Positions 27,032-43,318 of a stretch of DNA of 64,000 nucleotides are shown here, in pieces (position 1 is the first letter of the stretch; each line of letters begins with the position of its first letter). The stretch lies in the NCBI RefSeq assembly GCF_009914755.1, contig NC_060940.1; one strand, given 5' to 3'. The DNA is from the human T2T-CHM13v2.0 reference genome, Homo sapiens. The position numbers were made by a program, and so were the translations under genes. The notes under the pieces are model-generated. The model saw nothing but the letters and a program-made list of their open reading frames with translations, did not search any database and was not told the DNA's origin.

Positions 27032-27285
27032 GTCCGGGAACGGTGGCTTATGCCTGTAATCCCAGCACTTTGGTAGGCCAAGGTGGGTGAAACACCTGAG
27101 GTCAGAAGTTTAAGACCAGCATGGCCAACATAGTGAAACCCCGTCTCTACTAAAAATACAAAATTAGCCAGGCATGGTGGTGGGCACCTATAATCCCAGG
27201 CAGAGGCTGCAGTGAGCCGAGATCGTGCCACCACAATCCAGCCTGGGTGACAGAGCAAGACTCTGTCTCAAAAGAAAAAAAAAAA
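27032..27285 (+). mobile_element. AluS with an internal right-arm deletion
   Basis: tataatcccag|gcagaggctgcagtg junction; TSD aaaatttgcttct/aaaaattgcttct. Confidence 0.9.
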
Positions 27286-27645
27286 TTGCTTCTCACTGGG
27301 GCAACAGAAGCGATCTTAGAGTGAGATCAAATGCCTCTCGACTTCGTGTCTCTCTCTCACTGGGTTTAAGCCTCGTTGATTTAGATCCCTTGTATCATCT
27401 CATATTATGCTACCTTGTTTATGTTGTCATGCATGCTGATTCTAGCAAACTTTGAGCTCTGTGTCTTAATCTGTTGTCCTATAAGTGGTTTAAAAACAGA
27501 AACAAAACAAAAAAAAAAACCTGAGCTATGGAACCTCACACAAATGAATTCACAGGTATGAGCTCAAACATGGTAGCTGTACCTCTCAGAAAAAAAGGAC
27601 TTTATTTCTTTGGGCCGCCTTTTGTGTGTATAAAATGGAGGCATT

Positions 27646-27949
27646 GGGCGGGGTGCAGTGGCTCACACCTGTAGTCCCAGCACTTTGTGAGGCCAAGGCG
27701 GGTGGATCGCCTGAGGACAGGAGTTTGAGACCAGTCTGGCCAACGTGGTGAAACCCCGCCTCTACTAAAAATACAAAAATTAGCCAGGCATGATGGCAGG
27801 CACCTATAATCCCAGCTACTCAGGAAGCTGAAGCATGAGAATCACTTGAACCTTGGAGGCAGAGGTTGCAGTGAGCTGAGGCTACACCACTGCATTCCAG
27901 CCTGGGCGAGAGAGCACGACTCTGTTAAAAAAAAAAAAAAAAAAAAAAA
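27646..27949 (+). mobile_element. AluSx/Sz
   Basis: Full length; TSD about ggaggcatt on both sides. Confidence 0.93.
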
Positions 27950-28139
27950 GGAGGCATTAATCCCATGTTGTTTTGTTTAATAAAGTGGCACACATAATAA
28001 GAGAAAAAAAAGAAATGAGCCATTACTGAGTATCTACTGTTACTGCAGACACACCGCAGATGTTCTGTCAATGTTCATTCCTTCCTATCTTTGCCCAGTG
28101 CTCACTCACTCCCTCCTGTACTTCAGAAATACTCCATCC

Positions 28140-28450
28140 TCCATTCATTCCACTCCATTCATTGACCTTCCTTCTATGCCATGAGTCACACCGAGTACTA
28201 GGGATGCAATGGTGAAGCCGGTACACTTCCTGTCTTCAAGATCCTTGCAGTTTAGTGCAGGACAGAGCAAAGAACACAGATAGGTCATTGTTAGCATTAG
28301 AGACAGGATACCATGCTGTGGACGGACAGAGATAGGACCTCTTCCACACTGGAAGTTCAGAGAAAGCACCTCAGAAAAGGTAAGAGCAAAGTGACAATTG
28401 AAGGTTGAGCTGGACTTTGTCACATCAAGGGAAGAGCCGAGGCATGTTTA
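28140..28450 (-). mobile_element. L2 fragment
   Basis: cattcattc...tactagggatgcaatggtgaa. Confidence 0.6.
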
Positions 28451-30079
28451 GGGAGCTTTAAAAAAGTGGAGGATATGAGAATGCAAAGATTAGCAGAAGC
28501 CTAATTATGGTAGGCCTTATAAACCACGTTTATTGGCCAGGAGCATTTTGGTTCCTATGACAAAAACTAAACTCTGACTAAGGCAAACCAGGAAAGTCAT
28601 GTGTTTACCTAGCTTGCAACAATAGTAAGGTAGCTACCAAACTCGAAGAAATAGCTTCAGAACCATGGCCCCAAACACCTAAATGATGACTCAAAGTTAC
28701 CAAGGCACTTTCTCCCCATCCATCTTTGCTTACTTCATTCTTCAAAAGACCTGTGTCCACGTGGGAGGGGAGGGTCCTCCAGGCTCTCCAAATCCTTATT
28801 CTCCCAGTTTATCAATCCCAGCAGAAAAATATATATGTTTTCAGTGTCTATATATCTTATCCAGGGCAGGACTCTCTTTGGCTCCACTTGGGTGACAAGC
28901 CTTGTCATTGCAGCACTTTTTTTTGTGGCTTGGAGTCCACAAGATATCTGAGTGGCCAAGTCCAGGTCATGCACTCACCGCTGTGCAGGTAAGACTGGAG
29001 TAGCACACAGAGCCACCAAACCACGTTAAGGAGTATAGTAAGTATTTGGTGGCAGAATAAAACTTTTAAAGTCTGTGACAGCTCAAGATACCATGGTTGA
29101 ATCAGGCAAGAAACAAAATACGGGAAAAACAATACACAGCTCAGGGCCTATCTGGAATCTAAAACGAAAACATGCCTGAACTCTGATTTTTCATTTACTC
29201 TTTTGAAGGCCTTTTCCATGGGGGATTCAAGGCTGGCTCTCTGACCTTAGAAAATCCAGCTTCTAAGAGATTTTCTGTTTCTATGACTTAGGAAACGGGG
29301 AGAGGGGGTACACTCTTCTCTAGACCCCAGATATTAGGAGACTGTGTTTTGATTCAAATCACTCTCAAGGTTGGGAAAGGACAGGTAGGTCACCTTTACC
29401 TGCGTCGTATCCTGAGTAAATCACAAGCTTTCCTTCTTCCCTTTGCCAAGAGAAGAAAAGATATTTATGCTCTACCCTGCCACGTGGCCAAATTCCAAGG
29501 GCTGCTTGTCACTTTTATAAATTTTCTTTTTTTTTTTTTCTTCAAGCCATCTGGGGCACAAAAAAGGAGACTTACTCAGTTTCAAGTGTTTTTGCTTAAG
29601 GCAAAGGATGAGTGCCCTGGGTAAGAACCTTGCCTGGCTTCTTGAGGTCACAGGAGGTTGAGATTCTAGGTTCCTGTGGCTTCAATAGTAAAAATTCAGT
29701 GGATGATCCTGGTGTACACTATAATGTGCATGTGGAGATGGGCAGAGAGAGGACTGCATGCACCCCAGTATCCCACCCGAACCCCTCAACAACAACCCCA
29801 ATATCTTCCCTTTACTCTCTTCTAGCCCAGATCATTTTGGACAAAAATCCAGACATGTAGATTCTAACTGTGGGGTCGAACAGGATTCATTTATTCTGTG
29901 ATCTCAGATGAGCCTCTTAACCTCTTTGAGTCTATTTCCATAACTGTAAAATGCAGAAGAAGAATAACTCCATGTCATTTAGGGGCTTCTCTATGATCAA
30001 ACACTGCATGCAGCCTTCCATCATTAAACATTTACTGAACACCTACTTTCTGCCAGAAATGGTGGATACCAATGATGGC

Positions 30080-30310
30080 CAGCAAGTATTGTGCTATTAC
30101 ATTTCAGGCACATGATTCTAATTGATTTACATGGTTGAATGCGTCGAATTCCCATCAACAACCCAGTCATGAGCATGTCACCCTAGTACTCATTTTACAG
30201 GAAAGAAAATGGAAGCAGTGGTTAAGCAAGGTGCCCACAAGAACACAACTATGAAGCAGCAGACTGGGGATTACATAGATTTCCTGGTTCCAGAGCCCGT
30301 AATTATAAAT
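30080..30310 (-). mobile_element. MIR
   Basis: cattttacaggaaagaaaatggaagc...ggttaagcaa. Confidence 0.7.
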
Positions 30311-30959
30311 ACCAAAATGTCTCTTGACTAGGGTTATAGAAAAATAAAACACAGCTACATAGCTTCTGCCTTTGAGCTTCTGTCATCTAAGAAGCAGAAA
30401 GGCTTGCGAACCATCCTCATTGTGTGAAGGAAACTTATCAGAGCATCTGTTTGGAGTGGAGATACCATGGAAACAGGTGAAAGCTGCATGGTCTGTCCTG
30501 TTTTGACTCTATTTTAATTTGGATGACTGGATATAAAGAAGAGTTTCCCAGTTGACAGCCCACAACTATTAGGACAAACAACAGAGATTCCGAGAGGTTA
30601 AAAGTCTTGCTCAGGGTCACCAACCAGGGCAGAGGTTAACCAAGGAATTGAACTCAGGTATTCCTGGCTGCAAAATTTGTGTGATTTATGCATTGGATAT
30701 AATGTGCTGTAACCAGCAAAGCACTTTCACATATATCAGGAGGTCTCGAATTTGCAGTTCACAAACTAGCTGCATCAGAGTCTCATGGGAAGCTTTTAAA
30801 AGCTCGGATTCCTTTGACTCATCTCTGAGATTTTGATTCTCTTTGTCTGGATCAATTCCTGTAAATAGAAAGTTTTTGTTGTTATTGTTGGTGTTGAGCT
30901 CCTCAGGTATTTGGGAAGCACAAACATAGGGGGAGATTTCAGGTTATGTATAAATTCCT

Positions 30960-31380
30960 TAATACACAGATACCTGTGACCCAGCAAATTTGCTTCTAGA
31001 TTTTACCTAGAAAGAAACTCAAGTAAGTGCAAAAAAGGAGCGCTTTTAAGAATAATCAATTGCCCCACCCCTCCCCGCTGGCAAAAAAAAGGAAACAACC
31101 TAAAACCTAAATGTTGGCTAGTTAAATAAACACCAATATTTTCAATATTTCAATTTTCATGAACTGACATGAAAACATGCCTCAGATATATTGTTGAGGG
31201 GAAAAGCAAGTTATAAACTAGCATATGCTTTTGATTTTATATATGTATAAAAACATGTGTATACACATATATCCTATATTTAAATGAAAAGACAAATTCC
31301 GCAATGGTAATTCATGAAACTGATAACAGTCTTTCCCTCTGGGAAACAGCCTAGGCCTAGGGACATTGATGATCAATGAG
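30960..31380 (+). mobile_element. Old L1 (L1ME-like) 3' fragments
   Basis: acctgtgacccagcaaatttgcttcta; gatatattgttgaggggaaaagcaagttataaa. Confidence 0.55.
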
Positions 31381-32419
31381 AATATTTCTCTATAGGAGAT
31401 GAATCCTCTTACTGCAATAATATATTCATGTTCACAGTTGCAAATTGTGGTCTCCTTATCATTAAAGTCTTTCATTCCCTGGAAGAATCAGAAAGCTTGA
31501 GTTTATCTTTCAGTAGTTACAGTCTGTGCTAATGGGGGAATATTTTTTATTCACTCAAGTATACCAAGATTGACAAAGCGCATCTAAGGTATCAGGTACG
31601 CTAGTAGGTACCAAGAGAAGTAAATGAAAAGCTCTCTTTATTTGGAAGAGCTCACCATCTTGGGTGGTGGGAGGTAAGACATTTACACAATTAAATAGTT
31701 CAATCTATGCAACAAATGCTATTATTTCTAGTTTTTCATCCAACAAATATTTCCTGAGCACCTGCAGGGCCCAGGCTTTGAGTCATGCACTAAGGATGTG
31801 CATGGTTAAATACTTTTCTGCCCTTGAGAAACTCACCTATGTTGCTTGTCTGGTGCATGGCCCAGGGCAAAAACCATATCTTACTTACCTCTTTACCCAC
31901 TGGAGCATCCAGTACCATGCTTTGTGCATATCAATGGCAGAAGGTGCACTGCCAGGGTGGGGGTGAATGGAGGAGGTGAATGAGAGGGAAGAGACACGAA
32001 GGCGTATAGAATTTCTAACTCGAGTGGCTACAGGAAAGTTCAACTTTGTTCATTTTTAATGTGACGCATGTGCCTGGTAAACAAGTAGTTAGAAAAATAA
32101 GTTTGGGTGTCATCTTAGGGCAAGAATTTAGAAATAAAGACTGGGGAGTCCTAAGCATGGTGTTGCAGCCATGGAAGTGAATGTGAATCCTAAGGAGTGA
32201 GGGAGAGAAGGGCTATTGATGAAGCCTTGTAGAAAACGGGATGACATTAAGTGGGAAAGTGGGACAAGATAAGGCTCAGAAGAACAACCAAAGAAGGAGG
32301 AGAAGAAATATGAAAGATAGCTTTATAAAGCCAATGAAAAAAGCTTCAAATAGAATAAAATACTGAATAGAGGTCAAACATATAGAAAGGTAAATTAGAA
32401 CTGGAGACAGCCTAGAATA

Positions 32420-32630
32420 CTTGTTAAAAGTACACACTCTGAAGTCGGACTGCCTGGGTTTGACAACCATCTCTTGAAGTTTCAGATGCCCCATCTGTTA
32501 CATAGGGAGGAGGGGAACAATACCCATATCTTAGGAGTTTCCATAGATTCCATAGCCTACAGTGTACACAGTGCTTGGAACTTAGTTGGCCCTCAATAAA
32601 TGATAGAAAAATGATTATCATCACTATCAA
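32420..32630 (+). mobile_element. MIR
   Basis: gttaaaagtacacactctgaagtcggactgcctgggtttga. Confidence 0.8.
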
Positions 32631-32682
32631 TTAGAAAATCCTGGGTGACTTAGGCAAGACCAGGTTTAATGAAGCAAAGAGG

Positions 32683-33235
32683 TGTAGCAGACATACCTAT
32701 AACCCCTACTGATCCATGCCCTTGTATAATCCCCCCACCTTGAGTGAAGATAGACCTGTTGCTTGCTTCTAGCCAATAGAACATGACTTGATGAGGTTAC
32801 CTTCCAAGGCAAAGGAGATGGGATGTCATATTGTGATTATATTTTATCACATAAGACTCTAACTTCAGAGACAACAGAAAGATACTCTCCTGGTAGCACT
32901 GAAGAAACAGACCCATTATGAACTGCCTAGGGAGAATGACATATGGCAAGGCCCTGCAGTCAGCCTCTAAGACTTGAGGGTGACCTTCAGTCAACAGCCA
33001 GAAAGAAGCCTCAGTCATACAGCTGCAAAGGAAATAATTCTGTCGGCAACATGAAAAAGCACGCAAGCAGATTCTTCCCCATTTGAGCCTCCAGATGAGA
33101 ATACAGCCCCATAGACACCTTGACTGCAAGCTGCAGAAAACCTAAGCAAGAGATCTGTCTAAATTCTTCCAAGACTCCTGAACCACAAAAACTGAAAGAA
33201 TACATAGGTGTGCTGTTTTACATCACTAACACTAA
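32683..33235 (+). mobile_element. MLT1F-like LTR
   Basis: atgcccttgtataatcccc...cttgcttctagccaatagaa...ttgagcctccagatgagaatacagcc. Confidence 0.8.
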
Positions 33236-33662
33236 CTCACTGAGGCAAAAAGCCACAATACAGAAGGAAGATGCCTTCTCTAGTGAAAAGAAGATGAGAT
33301 AATCAAGTTAGAGAACAAAAAATGCTGTTTCAATAGAAAGAGTCAAGGGTGGTAGTCTGAGAAAAGGGAGAATAGAGAAAATCCAGAGCAAACACGATAT
33401 TTCAAATATGTCTGAAAATTGGTTTCTATTAGACCACAGAGCACTCTGGCTGATTGGCTGAGAGCCTATGAGTGAAGCATCTTCACTTCGAAGCTACTTG
33501 TGACCTCCTGGTAGTGGGATGTCAAGAGAGAAGGTGGTGAGCAACCAGTGCTAGGGAGCTGTCCACTATCTTGGTTCTAACAGCCCTTGAATGCCAGAGA
33601 TTGACTTCATGAGACACATGGGGATCCCCAGTGGAACAGAGAGAACAAAGATTTGCAACGTA

Positions 33663-33767
33663 TTAGGTTGGTGCAAAAGTAATTGCAGTTTTAGCCATTA
33701 AAAGTACAAAAGCCATTTGCCATTAAAACTCATGGCAAAAACTGCAATTACTTTTCCACCAACCTAA
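33663..33767. mobile_element. MADE1 (Hsmar1-derived mariner MITE) with enlarged spacer
   Basis: 36-bp inverted arms ttaggttggtgcaaaagtaattgc... with 2 mismatches; TA TSD on both sides. Confidence 0.95.
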
Positions 33768-35957
33768 TAGCATCCCCAGTTTTCTCTTGCAGCAGGTTGC
33801 TGGATATTGGGCAGCTTCATTACTTAACAGCATTGCGATCTTACTTGAGTTTCAAGAGCTCTCTACACTTCAGACCCCTCATCTTCAAAAATGAGAATCA
33901 CTGCCCATGACAACCCGTGGAATTCTTATGTAACCTAGGGAAATGATGAATGTGGAGTAGGTTACTAGGGTTGGAATTGTAATTTCGTTATTGTCTCTGT
34001 CCTAAGAGGACTGTGTGGGCGTTGCTTTGCCCAGAGGAGAGGGTCACAGATTTTGCTGGCATCACATTCTCTGTGTCTAACCTGAGAACCTATTACCACC
34101 ACCCAGTGTCCTCAGAAGTCATGATAGTCACCATGATGCAGCTAGAGTTATAAGGACCAGAGTTTGACTCCCAGGTGAGACACACGCTACATGGTCTTGT
34201 TCACATTGTTCTCTCTGGGCTTCCTTTATCCTCAACGTTAAAAATAAATATGAAATAATTTATTTATTGTCATCACTTTAGTAATTCAATGAAATATTGT
34301 CTGTGGAAGTCATGTCTTTCATCTTCTTTTAAATCTCAGACTTTAATCACCTGTGCTATTATTGTTGCAATAATTCAAATATTTCAGGAGCTTAAAAATG
34401 AAACCCCCCAACCATCATCTGACTCCTGGAGCACAGCCCCAGCCCAGAGACTTCCCCAGCTCAGAGCACTTTTCCTACATTCCCATTTTCATTCCAAAAA
34501 GTCAAACTTGTTGCATTGTGGAATCAGGCATCCCCGAGTCAGCCGCACACAGACCAGCTATTTCTGTGGGCTGTGAGCCAGCCTGGCTCCCAGCAAACTC
34601 CCTCAGCTGTCGGAACAACTCTCACTGTCAAAACTTGCCGAGAAGAGTCATTAGTTTCAGAGAGATGGGAGAGGAAGAATGTTTGCCTGGGGCATCTCTT
34701 TGAAAAGGTCTAACTTTCTAAAATGGTAAATAAGCCAGATTTCTTTTCTGGGGGTGCATGAAGGGCAGAAGGAGCTCAGTCAGGGTATGACCTCCGGGAG
34801 CCAGCTGGCGTCTGAGACATCATTACTTCCCAAAGTTTATCCCTTCCTTTTCTATGCTTCTGCACTGCAGCCTGGGAAACGAGCTCTGAGATCAGTCTGC
34901 ACAGTTCTGATTACACAGGCAAGCACCGCACGGAGGGTTTTATTAGGAGGAAAAGAGAAAAAAAAAAAAAAAAGCAGAACACTAGCTGGGGGGAGAAAAG
35001 CCCTTCTGCCTTTAAATAAAGGGGAAAATTATTTTATAAGCGTCTGGAGCAGCAAAGCCTGTGAAAGGTGAATATACCATTCAGCGCTACTCCTAATCTT
35101 CAGCTTGCAGTACCCACATTTCTGAGTCAGCGTGTGTAGATAGCAATGTGATCAGCGAAAGTCAGATTAGGCCTAACAAGATATGACTGAAAGTCTTAGA
35201 TTGGCTGTGACAGCCTCAAGTTCAGATTCCCTGCCTCTCTGCTCTGTTGTCTAAGTTTTAGGGTCTAGTTCATTCTTACTGAAATCCCATGAACTCCTGT
35301 TCCCCGGCATTCATCTCTTCTCCTCCTGTTCTCTTGGAATAAAATGCTCTGGAGCCCAACATCTTCACCCTTAGTGGCTTAAGATGAACTACCAGCTGGT
35401 AATAGTCTATCCTTTTAAGAAAGAGAGGCTAGGAGAAGGGGAAGTGGGGGAATAGTTGAGCAGGAGAATCCTGCCTTGCTGGAATTGTAAAAGGTGAAAG
35501 CAGGGCACTGCTTGTGAATTCAGACCTAGTAGGCAGATCATGCATCTCAGCTTCTCCTTTCTATAGGTATGGGTGCAGCAAGCACTCACAGTTGATTACA
35601 TACAGTGACAATTAAGCTGAATCGATTCTGAGTCTCCATTTCTCTCACCCTCAGCAATCTAATCTCCAAACTCAATTCACTCTGCCCCCATATTCTCTCT
35701 AAAACCCACATTTGTTTCATCCTCCCCACTGCCATTGCCTCAAGAAGTTCCATTGTCACCTCTCATCCCAAGAACTGGAATTCTTGCCCACTGTCTCCTT
35801 GCATCTGTCCTCCCCCACAACACAATTCAAGGCCATTTCTCCAGAGCTGCTGCAACAGAATCTTGTCTTCCTCAAATATTTATTGAGCATCTACTATATG
35901 TCAGGCCCTGTGCTTGGCATTGGAAGAAGAAATGGAAATAAAAGACAGACACTATCC

Positions 35958-36280
35958 ATTGTGGCTGCATTATGCCCCTCCCAACACAACAAATTCGTAT
36001 GTTGAGGGCCAAACCCCCAGTGCCTCAGAATATAATCATGTTTAGAGAAAGGGTCTTTAGGTAATTACAGAAAAATGAGGTCACAGGAATGAGCCCTATG
36101 GAAGGTGATGTGAAGATGCAGGAGGGGACGGTTATCAACAAATCAAGGAGAGAGGCCTCAGAAGAAACCAACCCTTGATCTCGGACCTCCAGCCTCTAGA
36201 ACTGCTAGAAAACAGAATTCTGTTGTTTAAGCTGACAAGTCCATGGTACTTTGTTGTGGCAGCCATAGTAAACTAGTACA
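35958..36280 (+). mobile_element. MLT1B-like LTR inserted in L2
   Basis: acccccagtgcctcagaat...ctccagcctctagaactg...gcagccatagtaaactagtaca. Confidence 0.8.
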
Positions 36281-36351
36281 CGGTCTCAGAGAGCTTAAGG
36301 TTTAGTGTGGGAGATAGGAATTAGTCAAATTTACTATAAACCTAAATTCAA

Positions 36352-36657
<306 letters not shown>

Positions 36658-36839
36658 CTAAGTGTAAAAGTAAATACAACGGTGCTGAGTGCTATGGAAG
36701 ACTGTAAATGGTGAGCTATAGACATAGATATGGATACAGATATAGTGACATTGATTAGAAATTTGCATACAGGTTGAGATATGCATATAGATATGGATAC
36801 AGATATAGACACTGATATCAATATAAAAATATGGATATA

Positions 36840-37404
<565 letters not shown>

Positions 37405-38272
37405 CTAAAAATATATATGGGGCAGAGATTTCAAATAGAGAAAAGCATATGAAAAGTACCCAGGATTGGAAGGAGCAAGGTCTTTCGCAAAAGCCCACCT
37501 GAGAACTCTCGAGTGGAATGAGTAAGGAGACAGGATAGGGGGTGGCACAAGGGGTTGTGAAGGTGAATGCAGAGGCCAAATTCCCTGGTGGCCCCACACT
37601 TCCTCTAGAATTTTGTTATAAGTCTTTGACATAGCTTAGAAGGTCTTTTAGGATCTGGCTTCAGTCCATTACCCTTTCATCTCATCCTACTGGTATCCCA
37701 TAGAGCCAAACCAAGTTATATAAAGGTCCTCAAATGTTTCATGTTCTCTTTTGTATTTCAGCCTTTGAAAACGATGTTCCTTGGGGGTAGGAGCATGCTC
37801 TCACCCTTGTCTTCTATCTCTCTCATCCTTTAAGACTCAGTTCAGAACTTGACTCTTCAGGCGGAGGCTTCTCTGAGTCCTGAAGGTAAAGTTCCTTCTT
37901 TGTTTATTCAACAAGTTTGTAGCACTCCTGTCATGGAGAGAAGCCTGTGCTGTCTTGGAGCAAGGGCTACAATGATGGTTTTTTAAAAAAGTGAGTGCAA
38001 TCTCTTTCCTTGAAAACTCCCACTCTCAGGCTTCTCTTCTTTCTCCCCATCATGGTATTCTGCATCTGTGTTGATACTGCATTGCCACATTACGGTAGAC
38101 TTGTTTACGTGATGGTCTCCCCTACTGGACCACCATGTTTGTTTTGCCGTCTCCTTCAAGAGTTCTTGAAATTTTAGTAGGCACCCAATAGATATTTGAT
38201 GAATTGGTGAGTGAAAGTGCATTGAACTCCATTTTTTAAATGGGAGGTACAATTATCTCTCATTCTTTACAG

Positions 38273-38420
38273 CAGGGGTTGGCAAACTTTTTACAAAGGG
38301 TCAGATAGTAAACAATGTAAACTTTGTGGAGCAAAAAGCAAAATAAATACTATTAAATACAACCAATTAAAAATATAAAAACCATTCTTCATCCATAGGC
38401 CACAGTTTTATAAAACCCCA
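38273..38420 (+). mobile_element. MER58B/C-like hAT fragment
   Basis: caggggttggcaaactttttacaaagggtcagatagtaaa. Confidence 0.7.
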
Positions 38421-38691
38421 GCTTTAGAGTCCTACATCCAGTAGTCAATCAATCAATCACGATGTATGCATGATATAATCAGATGCCAGAGAGGGTAAGG
38501 GACCTGGATAAAGTGTCACCTCATGTTTGCACCTTTAGTTTCCCTGCCTCCTAATAATCCTATTATCTCTGTGACTCAGCCTGCCTGGTTTCAATCACCA
38601 GTTTTACTGCTTTTCAGATGTGTGACTGTGAAAATTACATAACCTCTCTTTGCCTTAATCTGTCCACCAGTAAAATTGGGATGATGATAAT

Positions 38692-39447
<756 letters not shown>

Positions 39448-39642
39448 ATAATTATATACACCTTAGAGGGCTGATGCAAGGATTCTATTAGTTCATTTGG
39501 ATCAGCACAGTGTCTTGCATATTTGAAGCAATCAATAACACTAAGTATCATAAATAAAAGCATTTACTGAGCATTTACTATGTACCAGCCCAGCACTGGT
39601 CATTTTGCATGCCTTCTTTCATGAATGTTCACAATAACCTCA

Positions 39643-39990
<348 letters not shown>

Positions 39991-40175
39991 AAGAGCACCT
40001 CTCAGAGCAGTTCTGCTGCACCATGCTTTCTCCTGTTGTCTTTGATCATCTGTCTGTCACTCAGGCATTGCCCTTCCTTGAATACAGTCACCAGGCTTCT
40101 CAGGCACAGCTTTTGGGAGGGGTGCACTTAATGTCATCTCCAGGAGGCTTTGGCAGCCAGGTAGGGGTGAGTTAA

Positions 40176-40784
<609 letters not shown>

Positions 40785-41460
40785 TCCATCTCACTTTAAA
40801 ACTCTCCTCATTTGCCATTGTTTTTTGTAAGAAGCTATGGAGGGAAAAGAAAAAAAAATAGACTTTTGAAAGTTTTAATTGCTCAAAGATGCCATTGCTG
40901 CAAGCACTCACATGTATTTTTCCACACAGGCTCAGGAAAGAAAGTGGTGAAAGTCCATGAACCTCACAAAGCCCTGCTCCCGGTAGCCCATCACACAAGA
41001 ATATTAATTTAACTAAGCTCATAATGACAGATTTTGCCAGAGAGCTCTGAGAGAACTTGAGGTGCTTCCTCTGAATTTTAGCACCCATCCCGGAAAAACT
41101 AAAAATATATTGCCTCCACCAACCGCCATATCTAGGTGGGTTATTAGAGATTCAGGCTTGAGAGATAGAGACCTCATTGATGAAAGTGGATCTTTATTCT
41201 AAAGCCCTAAATGTAGATAAAAAGGCATAGAAGACCAGGATCCAAGTCCTAGGGATGCTTCTTGCTAGCTACATGTTATTAGCCAGTTGCTCTGAGCCTC
41301 AGTTATTGCATCTGTGAAACGGGAATAACAACAACAGCCTCACTGACACGCACTTAGGATTAAATGGTACAATGTATAAGAAAATTACCTGTAACGTAAA
41401 TATTTAATAATTTTAATATGTTTCTCAAATGTTTAATTTCCCTTGATCTTTCATGTTTTC

Positions 41461-41714
41461 TTTTTCTTTTTTTTTTTTTTTTTTTTTTTGAGACAGACGC
41501 TCACTCTGTCACCCTGTCTATTCTCCTGCCTCAGCCTCCTGAGTAGCTGGGACTACGGGCACCCGCCACCACGCCCGGCTAATTTTTTGTATTTTTAGTA
41601 GAGACGGGGTTTCACTGTGTTAGCCAGGATGGTCTCGATCTCCTGACCTCATGATCTGCCTGCCTCGACCTCCCAAAGTGCTGGGATTACAGGCGTGAGC
41701 CACCGCGCCTGGCC
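41461..41714 (-). mobile_element. AluY with a right-arm deletion, inserted at the tail of the next Alu
   Basis: TSD atgttttcttttt at 41453 and 41715. Confidence 0.88.
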
Positions 41715-41722
41715 ATGTTTTC

Positions 41723-42017
<295 letters not shown>

Positions 42018-42402
42018 CCATATTTTCTTATATAAAAATTGAAGGAGTTGGAGTTTGTGCTACCTCTGGGTACCATTCCAGATTTTACCGGTCTGAAAGA
42101 CAGAAGGACATCATTAGGTCTTAACTCATTCTTTGCCCAGAAATAAAAGCCCCAAAGCATGAATGTGGAAAACCCACCCTGGCCATCGTCCCCTCCTTCT
42201 TTGTCTTCTAGAGTCTCTGTGGCCATTTGTTTCTTATTTGCCAGCCACATTGAACAAACAGATTTCTCTCAGTTAAGTAGACATTTCTGAGCACCTCCTT
42301 CATGCCCACCCCAATATAAAGGAGAGGAAGATAAAACCATCTCAGATCATCCCATGTGAAGGAATTAGACAGAAAACCGATGCAAGTTCCCAGTCATTGT
42401 TA

Positions 42403-42692
<290 letters not shown>

Positions 42693-42702
42693 TCGTTGTT
42701 AG

Positions 42703-43318
42703 TTTTTTTAAAAAAACTTTTATTTTAGGTTAAGGGGTACATGAGAAGGTTTGCTACGTAGGTGAACTTGTGGCACAGGGATGTGTTGTCCAGATTATTT
42801 CATCATTCAAGTATTAAGTCCGGTACCCCATAGTTATTTTTTTCTTCCCCTCTCCCTCCTCCCACCCTCTATTCTGAAGTACACCCCAGTGTCTTTTGTT
42901 CCCTTCTTTGTGTCTAGTGTTCTCATCATTTAGTTCCCACTTATAAGTGAGAACAATCGGTGTTTGGTTTTCTGTTCCTGTGTTAGTTTGCTGAGGATAA
43001 TGGCCTCTGGCTCCATCCATGCTCCCAAAAAAGACATGAACCCATTCTTTTTTACGGCTGCATAGTATTCCATGGTGTATATGTACCACGTTTTCTTTAT
43101 CCAATCTGTCAAGGTTGATTCCTAATGTCTTCGCTATTGTGAATAGTGTTGCAATGAACATTCATGTTCATGTGTTTTTATGGTAGAATGATTTATATTA
43201 TTCTGGTTATATATGAAGTAATGGGATTGCTGGGTTGAATGGTGGTTCTTCTTTTAGCTTTTTGAGGAATCAAGATACTACTTTCCACAATGGTTGAACT
43301 AATTTACATTCCCACCAA
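42703..43318 (-). mobile_element. 5'-truncated old L1PA (about PA13-16) 3' end
   Basis: acttttattttaggttaaggggtacatg...cccacttataagtgagaaca...aatttacattcccacca. Confidence 0.9.

Noticed and set aside
42814-43161. ORFs resembling the L1 ORF2 C-terminus (MFIATLFTIAK; WYIYTMEYYAA)
   Set aside because: Frameshifted remnant of a truncated L1PA, not functional
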